A stretch of DNA of 64,000 nt from a virus (taxonomy: Duplodnaviria; Caudoviricetes). The stretch's first letter is position 1. The number at the start of each line of letters is the position of its first letter. A program made the position numbers and the translations under genes. Shown here piece by piece: positions 1-9,082 of this stretch. The DNA lies in IMG/VR virus record IMGVR_UViG_3300021197_001179, positions 372-64,371 of that record; one strand, given 5' to 3'. The notes under the pieces are model-generated. The model was not told the DNA's origin. It made no database searches and was given only the letters and a program-made list of their open reading frames with translations.

Positions 1-7
1 CACGAAT

Positions 8-262
8 ATGGACGAGATTGAAAGAGTAAGAGTAGAAAATGACAATCTAAGTCTTCCGGTTCCTCAACCAATACCAACACCAGAATACAGAGAAGAAATC
101 GCGTGGTTTCATCCGGATGATGTTCAGAGAGCGTACACAAAACGTATAAACGGATACTCTGCTGCTATTCTAACAATGGCTGGTGGTGACATCATAGCAA
201 TTAAGATGTCAAGTGAAATGGAAGCTATGCTAGATTCTATGTTTGGTTTCCCTACTGAGTAA
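8..262 (+). CDS. hypothetical phage protein
   Basis: 84-aa ORF converging on the minus-strand operon; no motif recognised. Confidence 0.5.
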   Translation: MDEIERVRVENDNLSLPVPQPIPTPEYREEIAWFHPDDVQRAYTKRINGYSAAILTMAGGDIIAIKMSSEMEAMLDSMFGFPTE

Positions 263-628
263 GTCTTTAGCCCTCATATCTTTTCCAATCATATCACTTG
301 GTGATACTCCAAAGAACTTGGAGAAGTAGCACATCTCAATTAGTGTTGGGTGGAAATTGTATTTACCCTCACGACCAAACTCAGACATTCTGTCTTTCCT
401 AAATTTAAAACCATTTTCTCCAACCCTCTTGTATACTTCATTTTTGTTTAGGTTATGCTTCTCACATAAGAAATAGAAGTTCTCCATAAACAACTTTGAC
501 AACACTTCTGCTTGATCGTAAACTTGATTTGCCCAAGGCGTAGATTCTGCCTGAATCTTATCCCGAATTTCATCGGTGATGTTTGGTTTGAATTTGTATC
601 TCTTGTTATTCACACTATCATCAAACAA
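230..628 (-). CDS. putative XRE-like HTH DNA-binding protein
   Basis: C-terminal PTLIEMCYFSKFFGVSPSDMI resembles the end of XRE HTH domains; start codon uncertain. Confidence 0.45.
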   Translation of the reverse strand: MFDDSVNNKRYKFKPNITDEIRDKIQAESTPWANQVYDQAEVLSKLFMENFYFLCEKHNLNKNEVYKRVGENGFKFRKDRMSEFGREGKYNFHPTLIEMCYFSKFFGVSPSDMIGKDMRAKDLLSRETKHRI

Positions 629-653
629 AAAGCCCCATCCAAGGACAGGGCTT
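627..653 (-). terminator. intrinsic terminator after ssb
   Basis: minus strand AAGCCCTGTCC-TT-GGATGGGGCT followed by a T run. Confidence 0.7.
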
Positions 654-673
654 AATATAACTATTTGTTTTCT

Positions 674-1072
674 TTAGAATGGAAGATCATCCTCCGCCTC
701 CACTACAACAGATTTAGCAGCAGGTTTGGCTGATGTGTTGTTGCCATTCCCTCCAAGCATTGTCATGTTGAACGCTTTCACTTCTGTAGTGTAGCGGTCA
801 TTACCCTGCTTGTCTTCCCACTTGCGTGTGGTAATACTTCCTTCAATGTAAAGTTTATCACCTTTCTTTACCCACTTCTCAACGATGTCCACAAGCTTAC
901 CGTACACCACGATGTTGTGCCATTCGGTCTTCTCTTGGCGTTCACCGTTTTTGTCGGTGTACTTTTCGCTAGTTGCAAGAACCATGTTTGAAACCTTCCC
1001 ATTTTTCAACTCCTTAACCTCTGGGTCTTTACCCACGTTACCGATTAAGATTACCTTATTAACTGAACTCAT
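674..1072 (-). CDS. ssb: single-stranded DNA-binding protein
   Basis: VNKVILIGNVGKDPE, TEWHNIV, GDKLYIEG and acidic tail EDDLPF. Confidence 0.97.
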   Translation of the reverse strand: MSSVNKVILIGNVGKDPEVKELKNGKVSNMVLATSEKYTDKNGERQEKTEWHNIVVYGKLVDIVEKWVKKGDKLYIEGSITTRKWEDKQGNDRYTTEVKAFNMTMLGGNGNNTSAKPAAKSVVVEAEDDLPF

Positions 1073-1080
1073 ATTGCTTA

Positions 1081-1680
1081 TTATTTGGTTAGATATGTTC
1101 TTATTGCGTTTTCAGTTGCCTTGTCGATATCGTACATCTCAAGGGCTTTTTCAATTGTTCCGGCTTTCTTTGGGTCCTCAATCCAATCAAGAACCTTGTT
1201 GAACTCAGGTGTGCCGGCAACCACCTTCTTTCCTTTTTTTGATGCCGCTTTCTCAACGGCTGTCTTCTTCCTTGGGGCAGACTTTTTCTTTGGTGTTTCA
1301 ACCGCATCAAGGTCAGCTTCTGATTCGTCAAGTAGTAGCAGAGCAGACAATGCGTACTTCCTAGAGTAACTCGCAGAGCTTCCAAAACTCTGAGCAATGT
1401 CCATTCCTTTCCTTGATGGGTCAATCCCTGCTTGAGCCGTAGAACTAACTGCTTCACCTGGTGCAGTAATGTCTTCAATCATAACAGTAGACTCAATGTA
1501 TGGTATACCGGATACCTCCTTAATTGTGTCTGTCATGTACATAATAAGACCGTGTTTTGTTAATAGCGGCTTTACCGCCTCAAGAATATCTTCGCAAGAA
1601 CGATACTTGTATTTTCCGAAGCTATTGTATTGATTCTTAGGTGCTTTCAGTTCTGCCTGAAGCTTTACTAGTTTTTTCAT
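1081..1680 (-). CDS. ERF-family single-strand annealing protein
   Basis: LKAPKNQYNSFGKYKYRSCEDILEAVKPLL and GSSASYSRKYAL motifs. Confidence 0.92.
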   Translation of the reverse strand: MKKLVKLQAELKAPKNQYNSFGKYKYRSCEDILEAVKPLLTKHGLIMYMTDTIKEVSGIPYIESTVMIEDITAPGEAVSSTAQAGIDPSRKGMDIAQSFGSSASYSRKYALSALLLLDESEADLDAVETPKKKSAPRKKTAVEKAASKKGKKVVAGTPEFNKVLDWIEDPKKAGTIEKALEMYDIDKATENAIRTYLTK

Positions 1681-1712
1681 GTCCTCCTTATTGGGGTATA
1701 AAAATACTATTA

Positions 1713-2834
1713 TTATAGCAAGTATCCTACTTCTCTGTCGATTTTTTCTAGCTGAACACCAAGCACAAAATCATCGGGTTTACTTATTCTTACATCCAAT
1801 GTTTTGGTCTTATTTCCACCTCTTTTGTAGTACCTAGCATAGCCTTCACCAGAGAACTCAATCTTCTCAACTGACTCCTGTACGAACTTATGTTTGACCT
1901 TGTTCTCAACCTCACGCTTCTCCTTGTCAAGTATTTTAATCATAGCCTTAACTGTCTGAAGATGTTTGACCTGACCAAGTAGTTCGTCATCTCCCAACAT
2001 CCTTTCATCCTCCATCTCGTGTCGTTCTGACAAGTAGGTTGAATAGTTGTCGTTGTGATCAGCCTCCGGTTCGTACATCATAACCTCCTGTAGGTAGTCA
2101 TTGTACATTTCTTCATCATCTAAATGAAGAGCTTCGTGAGCTTTTTTATGTGCTTCTCTACCCTTCAAGACTCTTGCCCAAAAGTCAGCAGTCTTCTCAA
2201 TGATCATATCGATAATCGCTTCGTCTCTTTCAATTGGGAAAACCTTGAGATTTCTGCCATCAATGAGTACCGCAATCTCAGCATAGTCAGAACCCATTAT
2301 AAGCATCTGCTGGTGTACTTGTGAGATGTAGTAGTCAGGAATACCCCCATCATAAGCCTTTGAAACAAAACTGCTCATGGTCTTTATCTCAAGTGGAGCA
2401 TCATGTTCAAGTATCTCACCGGAGAATGTTCCATCGGCATTCAGTCTTGACGATCCTGCCTTAATAACCCTATCGTAGTTACAGAACAGCCAAGGGAAGT
2501 CAGGATTGCAAACACATCCTTTGAGATTGAACATCTTTCTCTGAATGATGCCTGATTCATAGTTGGTCATGTAGCCATTCTCCCTACCATCGTAATACTG
2601 CCACAGATTGGCAACGTATTCCTCTGTATGAATCCCATGAAAGGCTGCTTCAGACATAATGTCAATGCGTTCCTCTGTACCAACCTTGATATGATAAAGC
2701 TCCATCTTGGTCGGTCTGTATGGATTCAATCCACAGACAATGCCTGAGTCTGATGCTCCAAGTCCTTTCTTTCGGTATTCAAACCACTCAGGTGTTCTGT
2801 CTACCAATTCCGTTATCCATTCTTTCTTAATCAT
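1713..2834 (-). CDS. YqaJ-like (lambda exonuclease family) recombination exonuclease
   Basis: EWFEYRKKGLGASD, LEIKT, YISQVHQQM; adjacent to ERF. Confidence 0.9.
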   Translation of the reverse strand: MIKKEWITELVDRTPEWFEYRKKGLGASDSGIVCGLNPYRPTKMELYHIKVGTEERIDIMSEAAFHGIHTEEYVANLWQYYDGRENGYMTNYESGIIQRKMFNLKGCVCNPDFPWLFCNYDRVIKAGSSRLNADGTFSGEILEHDAPLEIKTMSSFVSKAYDGGIPDYYISQVHQQMLIMGSDYAEIAVLIDGRNLKVFPIERDEAIIDMIIEKTADFWARVLKGREAHKKAHEALHLDDEEMYNDYLQEVMMYEPEADHNDNYSTYLSERHEMEDERMLGDDELLGQVKHLQTVKAMIKILDKEKREVENKVKHKFVQESVEKIEFSGEGYARYYKRGGNKTKTLDVRISKPDDFVLGVQLEKIDREVGYLL

Positions 2835-3001
2835 CCCTCTTTCTTTATATAATTTTTCATAGCATCTAAAGCACTATTCCCTTCTCCATACTTCACTCTA
2901 TCAGGAAATGAAAAAAAGTCTGCTACAGATCCATTGTCAAATGCATACCACTTCTTAGTGTATGGATTGTAGGTTGTGAGTATTCCGTAGTATTTTTCCA
3001 T
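2831..3001 (-). CDS. 56-aa hypothetical protein (not in ORF track), paralog of 17888..18085
   Basis: Translated by hand: MEKYYGILTTYNPYTKKWYAFDNGSVADFFSFPDRVKYGEGNSALDAMKNYIKKEG; abuts both neighbours. Confidence 0.8.
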   Translation of the reverse strand: MEKYYGILTTYNPYTKKWYAFDNGSVADFFSFPDRVKYGEGNSALDAMKNYIKKEG

Positions 3002-3333
3002 CACACTTTGTATGTTGTGTATCTGACAGTAAGTTCTTCTCCAGGCTTTATGTTTCGTAGAGAGTACATATAGCTTCTTACTGGGAATCCTTTCTCCATC
3101 ACACTTGCCCCCTCCTCTTCTCTCATAATGATACAGTTAGGATTGTCTGAGTGATTGACAAACCCTCCAAGAGGTGTTCGTACTAGGTTGTCCTCAAACC
3201 GGATGTCAAATACGTGGGTAGCCCCCAAACATATGTCTTCATAAATTTCTTCGGTTGCAAATAATCCAAGTCCTTCAATCTCTGAATCTTTGATTGTCAG
3301 AAAGCAAGGTAATGGTCTGTAAGTTTTTGTCAT
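3001..3333 (-). CDS. SET-domain protein (putative lysine methyltransferase)
   Basis: SEIEGLGLFATE, GFVNHSDNPN, RNIKPGEELTVRY; likely start MTKTYRPL at 3333. Confidence 0.9.
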   Translation of the reverse strand: MTKTYRPLPCFLTIKDSEIEGLGLFATEEIYEDICLGATHVFDIRFEDNLVRTPLGGFVNHSDNPNCIIMREEEGASVMEKGFPVRSYMYSLRNIKPGEELTVRYTTYKV

Positions 3334-3343
3334 TGTTTTGATT

Positions 3344-5224
3344 TTAGTAAGGTAATTTATCGTCAAATATATCAGATTCTTTGTATGGGGTTCTAGCGTC
3401 AATCATTGACTGATTGTTTGCAGAACTATCGTAGAAAGTTTGCCTCTCTTCCAACGGATTGTTTCCGTTATCATAAAACCTTCCCTTTCTAGTGTCAAAT
3501 GTAAGCAATGCCTCTCCAGTTGTGCCATTCAACTCTTTCTTTTTAATCTTCTGTGAGATAAACTGAGATGTACTGTCAGCAGGATTAGAGTTGTAATATG
3601 GTCGATGAAACATGATGATGTTGTCGGCTTTGTTATTCCACATCGCTCCTCCCGCAAAGTCGTACACCCTTGGGCATTTGTAGTCCCCGGTTCTTTCGTC
3701 CTTCTGTATGGAACTGTTAGGGTGAGCCACAATCACCATGTAGACATTATTCTCTAAGGCAAACTTCTTTTGTACCCTAAAGAAGTCCTCTAGAAACTGA
3801 TCATCACGCATCCGAGTACTTCTGTCTCGGTATATTGCATTGAAAGGGTCGATCATGCAACCATCAATGTTGTGTCTGATCATAGCCTCAATAAACTTAC
3901 GGTTGATGTAGTCCTGACTTGGCATCGCCTTCTCAGGATATATAAAGTAAAACTTGTCGTTAATCTTTTCAGCGGCATCTCTATACTCTTGCTCAGACAT
4001 TTGGTTCTGATGGTGCTTATATGGAGACTTACCCACCAATGCATGAATCAATTGGTTGTAGAAAAACTTTGGTGGATATTGTTCTGGACTAAATACTGCC
4101 CACCGATACCCATCTTTCAATGCTTTCATTAGCATTAACTGTAGCATCATGGTAGACTTGCCAAAGTTTCCGATACCTCCAACAATTGTAATCTCGCCAC
4201 GCATCCACCTGAACCTTTCGTCTATGCTGTCAAAGTGTGTGGTTTCTCCCTTCTGATTGCCCGAATGGAAATCCTTCAGCATTTCATCAAAGATGTCGTT
4301 CAAGTAAATGACATCTTCCAACGGCTCATCTAAATGTTCTAATTCAGCCTCAATGTTCTCCCTGGTGACTGAGTTGATTAGTTTCTCATCCTCCGTAAAC
4401 TCAGCCGTACCAAAATCCTTCATGTAGTTCCGGTACACACTATTCAGAATCACATCTAATTCCTTGACCGTGAATGAACCTCCGCAGAAGTCAGCAATCA
4501 TAGGTTCTCGTATTTCTTCTTGTTCTAAACCAAATCTCAGACAACCACATGTAAGCTTGAACACAAAATTGTTTCTGTTTCCTTCGTAGAAACCTTCTCC
4601 CTTGTTCATCATCCAAGTCTTTAGCTTCTCGTAGATGGTGTTGTTGGTAGAGACTGTAATCTCCTTTCGTTCATACACCTTCTCCACAATCTGATCATAC
4701 ACCTCCCATTTAGTTTTGATGTGTATGTCCGGATCATAAGACTCAAAACAAATCCTACTCAGGTTTCTCCCTGACGGATCCAGGTTCGGAAAGTTCTCTA
4801 ACAGACTATCAAAGTGTTCAAGATGGCGTTCCGGATGCTTAACCTCCACTAATGCTTTTACACCATTGTTGCTAGGAGAAGTCCAACAAGCAATTATATA
4901 CTTGTTCTTAGATAGAGATTCTTTTACCTCAGAGGGCTTACAATCATCAAAGTCCAAACATATCAACCCCGTATAGCTAATGATGTTTGAATCATTACGA
5001 GACTTAAACACACCTGAGAACAATGGCGATGGAAGTTTCTTCTTGTATGAATCTCGTTCAGCACCATAAGGCAACCTACGAACCTGCTCAACAAGTTTTC
5101 TTGATGTACCATCCTTGATTCTTCTTAGGGCATTACCAACAGTTGTGACATGTTTTGAATCAATGTCAAACAGATCCTGGTAAATACTTATCTCCCTATC
5201 CCACAACTTTATTCTACTATCCAT
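3344..5224 (-). CDS. primase-helicase fusion (BT4734/VirE-N-like, PriCT, SF4 DnaB/Twinkle-like helicase)
   Basis: GLICLDFD, SPSNNGVK, RICFESYDP; EGNRNNFVFKL; Walker A GIGNFGKS, IDPFN, VAHP, GGAMWNNKAD. Confidence 0.88.
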   Translation of the reverse strand: MDSRIKLWDREISIYQDLFDIDSKHVTTVGNALRRIKDGTSRKLVEQVRRLPYGAERDSYKKKLPSPLFSGVFKSRNDSNIISYTGLICLDFDDCKPSEVKESLSKNKYIIACWTSPSNNGVKALVEVKHPERHLEHFDSLLENFPNLDPSGRNLSRICFESYDPDIHIKTKWEVYDQIVEKVYERKEITVSTNNTIYEKLKTWMMNKGEGFYEGNRNNFVFKLTCGCLRFGLEQEEIREPMIADFCGGSFTVKELDVILNSVYRNYMKDFGTAEFTEDEKLINSVTRENIEAELEHLDEPLEDVIYLNDIFDEMLKDFHSGNQKGETTHFDSIDERFRWMRGEITIVGGIGNFGKSTMMLQLMLMKALKDGYRWAVFSPEQYPPKFFYNQLIHALVGKSPYKHHQNQMSEQEYRDAAEKINDKFYFIYPEKAMPSQDYINRKFIEAMIRHNIDGCMIDPFNAIYRDRSTRMRDDQFLEDFFRVQKKFALENNVYMVIVAHPNSSIQKDERTGDYKCPRVYDFAGGAMWNNKADNIIMFHRPYYNSNPADSTSQFISQKIKKKELNGTTGEALLTFDTRKGRFYDNGNNPLEERQTFYDSSANNQSMIDARTPYKESDIFDDKLPY

Positions 5225-5991
5225 CCTTTTCCTTTCCTTGTGTATCCTTGTTCAGCCATGTAGGTGTTAACCATTTCATCTGTAGGGTTTGAATACCTAA
5301 CTGATGCACGTTTCCTTGCTTCAGACAAATCTATTGAATTTAGACTTGTCACACTATCATAATCTTCCCACACCTTTTGGTTCAAGTAAGTTATAGGATG
5401 TTTCCGAAACTTAACATCAGGAGTATCACTCAAGTACATGGGCAATGTGTCAATTATTTTTTGCTTAGAATCTACGTCTAGCTTTTCCCACTTTAACAAA
5501 GACTTGGCTTTAGATTTTCTAACTCCATACATCTCATAAAATCTGTCAAAAGATAACTCTATTGGTTCTTTGGTTATTGGTTCTTTGGTTAATGGTTTAT
5601 CTATACTGTCCTTGCTTTGCCCTGTGCTTTGCCCTTGCTTTGACCCGTGCTTTATCATTGCTTTGTCCAATGCTTTACCCCTTGCTATGTCCTTTTTTGG
5701 CACGGCACATAGACTAATTATGTTTGCAGAGTACTGATTCTTAGACCTTTCCACCATTACTATGAAGCCCCATTCAACAAGGTCGTTTAATGCTCGTCCA
5801 TATGTTTGATACTTCTTGACACCAATTGCTTCCATCGTCATCTGAGATGGGAATCCAAATTTCTCCTTACCTCCCAATCTGTTACAATGTTCACAGGCAA
5901 AGAAAAATATGGCTGAATGTATGGGCTTAATTAATTCAGGGTTCTCAAAACAGAAGTTGAACCACTTTCTTGATAAATCGTATCCTTTCAT
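5209..5991 (-). CDS. phage replication initiator (lambda O-like)
   Basis: N-terminal wHTH-like region, repeat-rich linker, C-terminal FDRFYEMY...RKHPITYLNQKVWED; directly upstream of the helicase. Confidence 0.75.
   Translation of the reverse strand: MKGYDLSRKWFNFCFENPELIKPIHSAIFFFACEHCNRLGGKEKFGFPSQMTMEAIGVKKYQTYGRALNDLVEWGFIVMVERSKNQYSANIISLCAVPKKDIARGKALDKAMIKHGSKQGQSTGQSKDSIDKPLTKEPITKEPIELSFDRFYEMYGVRKSKAKSLLKWEKLDVDSKQKIIDTLPMYLSDTPDVKFRKHPITYLNQKVWEDYDSVTSLNSIDLSEARKRASVRYSNPTDEMVNTYMAEQGYTRKGKGWIVE
5562..5688. repeat. iteron-like repeats inside the initiator gene (candidate origin)
   Basis: TGCTTT at 5613, 5625, 5636, 5648, 5659, 5671 and TGCTAT at 5683; TGGTT repeats at 5562-5597. 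Confidence 0.65.
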
Positions 5992-6614
5992 TTTTGCAAA
6001 CTTAACATTACTTCATTACATAATTCACTAGGTATCATGCTTCTCTCATAGCTTCCGCTTCTTCCCTGAGTCCCAGTTTTACTTCCCCTGGGCGCACGTT
6101 GGTGATTGCAATCAGGATTGCCATTGCGACATTGCGGTCTAGGTATCCAATCCAAACTATTAGTCCAAACATCTGTAGGCTTTGCACGATCATCGCCATA
6201 CTGACAATACCATATTGTATGTCTAGTAAACTCTTGCATCCACGGCATCTTCCTTAACATTCCCCTAGGGTTCTCAATAAAGAAAACCATAAGGGGATTG
6301 ATATCTAGCCATTGCTTAATAAGATGTATGAAGTGTTGATTTACCCGGTCACACTTTTTAGCGTAATCACTTTTCGGAATAATGCTATTGTGACGATGTG
6401 TGCTACACGCTGCAATACTGTATGTTTTACAGTCGGGACTTGCCCAGACTGCATCTGGAACAAAAGGTACATCGTCCAGAGTCATTTCCTCAACGTCTAT
6501 TTGTAGGTCTATACCATCGTATCCATCCCAATCAACGCTGTAGACTTCGTACCCTAGTTTTTCTGCGGATTTGCCTATTGACCTGGATCCCGCAAACAAT
6601 TCTAAGACCTTCAT
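5988..6614 (-). CDS. DNA cytosine-5 methyltransferase
   Basis: motif I VLELFAGS, catalytic WASPDC, IENP. Confidence 0.85.
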   Translation of the reverse strand: MKVLELFAGSRSIGKSAEKLGYEVYSVDWDGYDGIDLQIDVEEMTLDDVPFVPDAVWASPDCKTYSIAACSTHRHNSIIPKSDYAKKCDRVNQHFIHLIKQWLDINPLMVFFIENPRGMLRKMPWMQEFTRHTIWYCQYGDDRAKPTDVWTNSLDWIPRPQCRNGNPDCNHQRAPRGSKTGTQGRSGSYERSMIPSELCNEVMLSLQK

Positions 6615-7138
6615 ACTGTAGCCTCCTTTTTGTACTCAGTAGGCTTGTAAAATGTAAGTTTCTTATCAGTGGCATCCCAAGCAACCCTGTAGCCTAGATT
6701 ATTGAGAATCATAAAAATTCTCTCTCTGTACATTTGATCTGTCTGTATTAATTGATCAACTAATTTACGTGCGTGGATAACAGTTGCGTGATCTTTGCCA
6801 AACAATTCTGCAATAGAACTTAATGTCATTGTTGGTCTAATTTCCTTCAATGCCCACATAATGATTTGCCTTGGCTCCAGTATGTGTCTTTTCCTAGTCT
6901 GTTCTTTTATCATAGCAAAGCTAACTCCGTACTCATTCTCTACAGCTCTTACTATACTTTCAACGGATGATCTTATTCCTGTCAACTTATGCCCAAGTAA
7001 AGCCATTTCTCTCATTATGACTGCCTCTTGCAATTCATCAATTACTACATCCGGTATTGAAGCCAATACTTCTTTGTAAGTTGATGCGAAGCTCTCGCGA
7101 CTTAGGTCTAATTGAATATTCCTTTTTACTCCTTCCAT
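6611..7138 (-). CDS. DnaA C-terminal (domain IV)-like HTH protein
   Basis: TRKRHILEPRQIIMW...TLSSIAELFGKDHATVIHARK. Confidence 0.85.
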   Translation of the reverse strand: MEGVKRNIQLDLSRESFASTYKEVLASIPDVVIDELQEAVIMREMALLGHKLTGIRSSVESIVRAVENEYGVSFAMIKEQTRKRHILEPRQIIMWALKEIRPTMTLSSIAELFGKDHATVIHARKLVDQLIQTDQMYRERIFMILNNLGYRVAWDATDKKLTFYKPTEYKKEATV

Positions 7139-7329
7139 TATATTACTTTGTTAAGATTAATCCCCAAATGAAGAGCCATGGAGACAATGGCTAATTTTAC
7201 TTGTGCATGATTCTCTAGGTCTGCCAACCTTGCGTAATTAATTGCAGACCTCAAGTGTTCCGGAGTTCTGCAACTATTGACAACTGCTAGTGTTTTATCA
7301 ATCATCAGTCCTCCATATGTTCTTGACAT
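7138..7329 (-). CDS. hypothetical protein
   Basis: 63-aa ORF overlapping neighbours in the operon. Confidence 0.6.
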   Translation of the reverse strand: MSRTYGGLMIDKTLAVVNSCRTPEHLRSAINYARLADLENHAQVKLAIVSMALHLGINLNKVI

Positions 7330-7559
7330 TGCCTTTCGACCTCCGTCATCAGGTCAAGATCCTCAATCAACTGAGACACCTCCATTGGCTCACCGTCACC
7401 TAGATACTTTACAGATGTTACGTGTACCTCGTCAGGTGATCCTGGGTATCCTGATCCGTCCCCATAATTGTATACAGGGTCTTCTCCTTTGATAAATTCA
7501 AATTCAACTATTAATTCTGCTGCGCCTACTTCCATAGGCAATACGTGTAAATCACTCAT
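7305..7559 (-). CDS. hypothetical acidic protein
   Basis: 84 aa with YGDGSGYPGSP; A-rich leader. Confidence 0.7.
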   Translation of the reverse strand: MSDLHVLPMEVGAAELIVEFEFIKGEDPVYNYGDGSGYPGSPDEVHVTSVKYLGDGEPMEVSQLIEDLDLMTEVERQCQEHMED

Positions 7560-7628
7560 CTTATTTCTTTTGTTTTGTTAGTTATAGTATCCGTAAATTG
7601 CGCTTAATATGTGTAAAAATATGTATGA

Positions 7629-7636
7629 CAAAAATA
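7629..7636 (-). promoter_or_regulatory. Bacteroidota -7 promoter box for the replication operon
   Basis: TATTTTTG on the minus strand in the intergenic gap. Confidence 0.55.
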
Positions 7637-7669
7637 TCACTAAAGGTGTATTGTCTTCAATCCAATCTT

Positions 7670-8398
7670 TCATGTCTCCTCAATTAGTCGTTTAACAGAT
7701 TGAGGATAATATCTTCCGCCCTGTGATGTAAGGTATCCTTCGTGATTAAGTCTAGCGGCAATGTCCTTATAAATCATCCCTTGCCTACGTAATTCCTTGG
7801 CATATGGACGAGCGACATTCTTGTTCCTGTTAGACATAGATTTCAATCTCAAAGATTTAGAACTGGCTTCCCTAGCTTTAATTAAAGATAATTCAGGATC
7901 CGGATTACCTAATCTTTTAATGGTATCTCCAGCTTTGGTAACGTAGAAACCATTTTCTTCTATCTTATTCTTGATTGACTGTAGACCAGCTTTTGTACGA
8001 GAACTTATAGCCTCTGCTTCATTCTCTGCCATGGCTGCCATGATGTGTATGGTAAACTTATTGGCATCAGGCATATCGCAACAACGAAAGTCTACACCTG
8101 ATTGACTCAAACTGGAAATAAAATAAACCGACCTCGCTAATCGGTCAATCTTTGCAATTAAAAGCGTGGCTCCAGTAGCCCTACACTTATCGATTGCATT
8201 CTGTAGTACGGGTCTACTCTTTTTACCCGTTCCTGATTCTACTTCAGTATACTGACTGATAATCCGATCATCAGGGGTAATGTAATTGTTGACCATTCGT
8301 TTCTGAGCATCAAGTCCTAGACCCGACCTCCCTTGCTTCATGGTTGAAACTCTGTAGTATGCGACATATTCTCCCATGACTATCGATTTAAGTTCCAT
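7670..8398 (-). CDS. serine recombinase (resolvase/invertase family)
   Basis: YVAYYRVST catalytic Ser, EVESG, AKIDRLAR, ISSRTKAGL, C-terminal HTH; probable start at 8377. Confidence 0.93.
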   Translation of the reverse strand: MELKSIVMGEYVAYYRVSTMKQGRSGLGLDAQKRMVNNYITPDDRIISQYTEVESGTGKKSRPVLQNAIDKCRATGATLLIAKIDRLARSVYFISSLSQSGVDFRCCDMPDANKFTIHIMAAMAENEAEAISSRTKAGLQSIKNKIEENGFYVTKAGDTIKRLGNPDPELSLIKAREASSKSLRLKSMSNRNKNVARPYAKELRRQGMIYKDIAARLNHEGYLTSQGGRYYPQSVKRLIEET

Positions 8399-8571
8399 CC
8401 ATCTAATCCAGGGTAACCATCTTGCCAGTAGATCCTGGTAAGTTTAATCCCCTTTGTTATCAGTCCACATCTCCAAGATTTGTAGTCCTCCAGACTAGAG
8501 AACTTATTGATGCCAAACTTATCCTTGCCTTTTTCACGCACATAGTACGTTGCCATTCTTTCTCCTTCCAT
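8380..8571 (-). CDS. hypothetical protein
   Basis: 63 aa; TAATTTTG box 4 nt before ATG. Confidence 0.6.
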   Translation of the reverse strand: MEGERMATYYVREKGKDKFGINKFSSLEDYKSWRCGLITKGIKLTRIYWQDGYPGLDGWNLNR

Positions 8572-8580
8572 GTCGCAAAA

Positions 8581-8877
8581 TTAACAAGTCATTAGATAAC
8601 CCATGCGATCAGTATCTCTGGACCCCTGAGTTGTTTGCCTCCTAAGAGTGGATGCGTCAATCTTGTCTCCCATTCCAAACTTCTGCTTGACCTTCCTGAC
8701 TGCATCCTTCTTAGATTTCGCCCAGATGGTGTTGTACCCACCACCTTTCCAGTTGAAGAACCAATTGTATTCGCCATCTAGGTTCTTCATGTATGGCTCA
8801 ATAACTACGTGGTAGTCCTTGCTCAATCTTTTGATCAGGCGATTGATGTAGACCTGTTGCTCTTGTTCTGTTCTCAT
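8581..8877 (-). CDS. hypothetical early protein
   Basis: 98-aa ORF in a tightly packed run. Confidence 0.7.
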   Translation of the reverse strand: MRTEQEQQVYINRLIKRLSKDYHVVIEPYMKNLDGEYNWFFNWKGGGYNTIWAKSKKDAVRKVKQKFGMGDKIDASTLRRQTTQGSRDTDRMGYLMTC

Positions 8878-8878
8878 G

Positions 8879-9082
8879 TCAAAATAATTTTACAGTTACG
8901 ATTGCGTTTTTCTTTAGACCGGATAACTCTCCTGCCTTATTCTCCATTGCCTTGTTCAACGCTAGGCTCAAAGCTCCTCCCAATTGCTCGGTATCGCCTT
9001 CGAATAATTCCAAGTGCTTCTCCAATGCTCTAGATATTTCACTTATCTGTGCTAGTTTTTCTATTTCTTTTTCTTTCATCAC
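8879..9082 (-). CDS. hypothetical early protein
   Basis: 67-aa ORF in a tightly packed run. Confidence 0.6.
   Translation of the reverse strand: MMKEKEIEKLAQISEISRALEKHLELFEGDTEQLGGALSLALNKAMENKAGELSGLKKNAIVTVKLF

Noticed and set aside
7670-8398. IS607-type element or large serine integrase
   Set aside because: No N-terminal HTH or adjacent TnpB, and too short for an integrase
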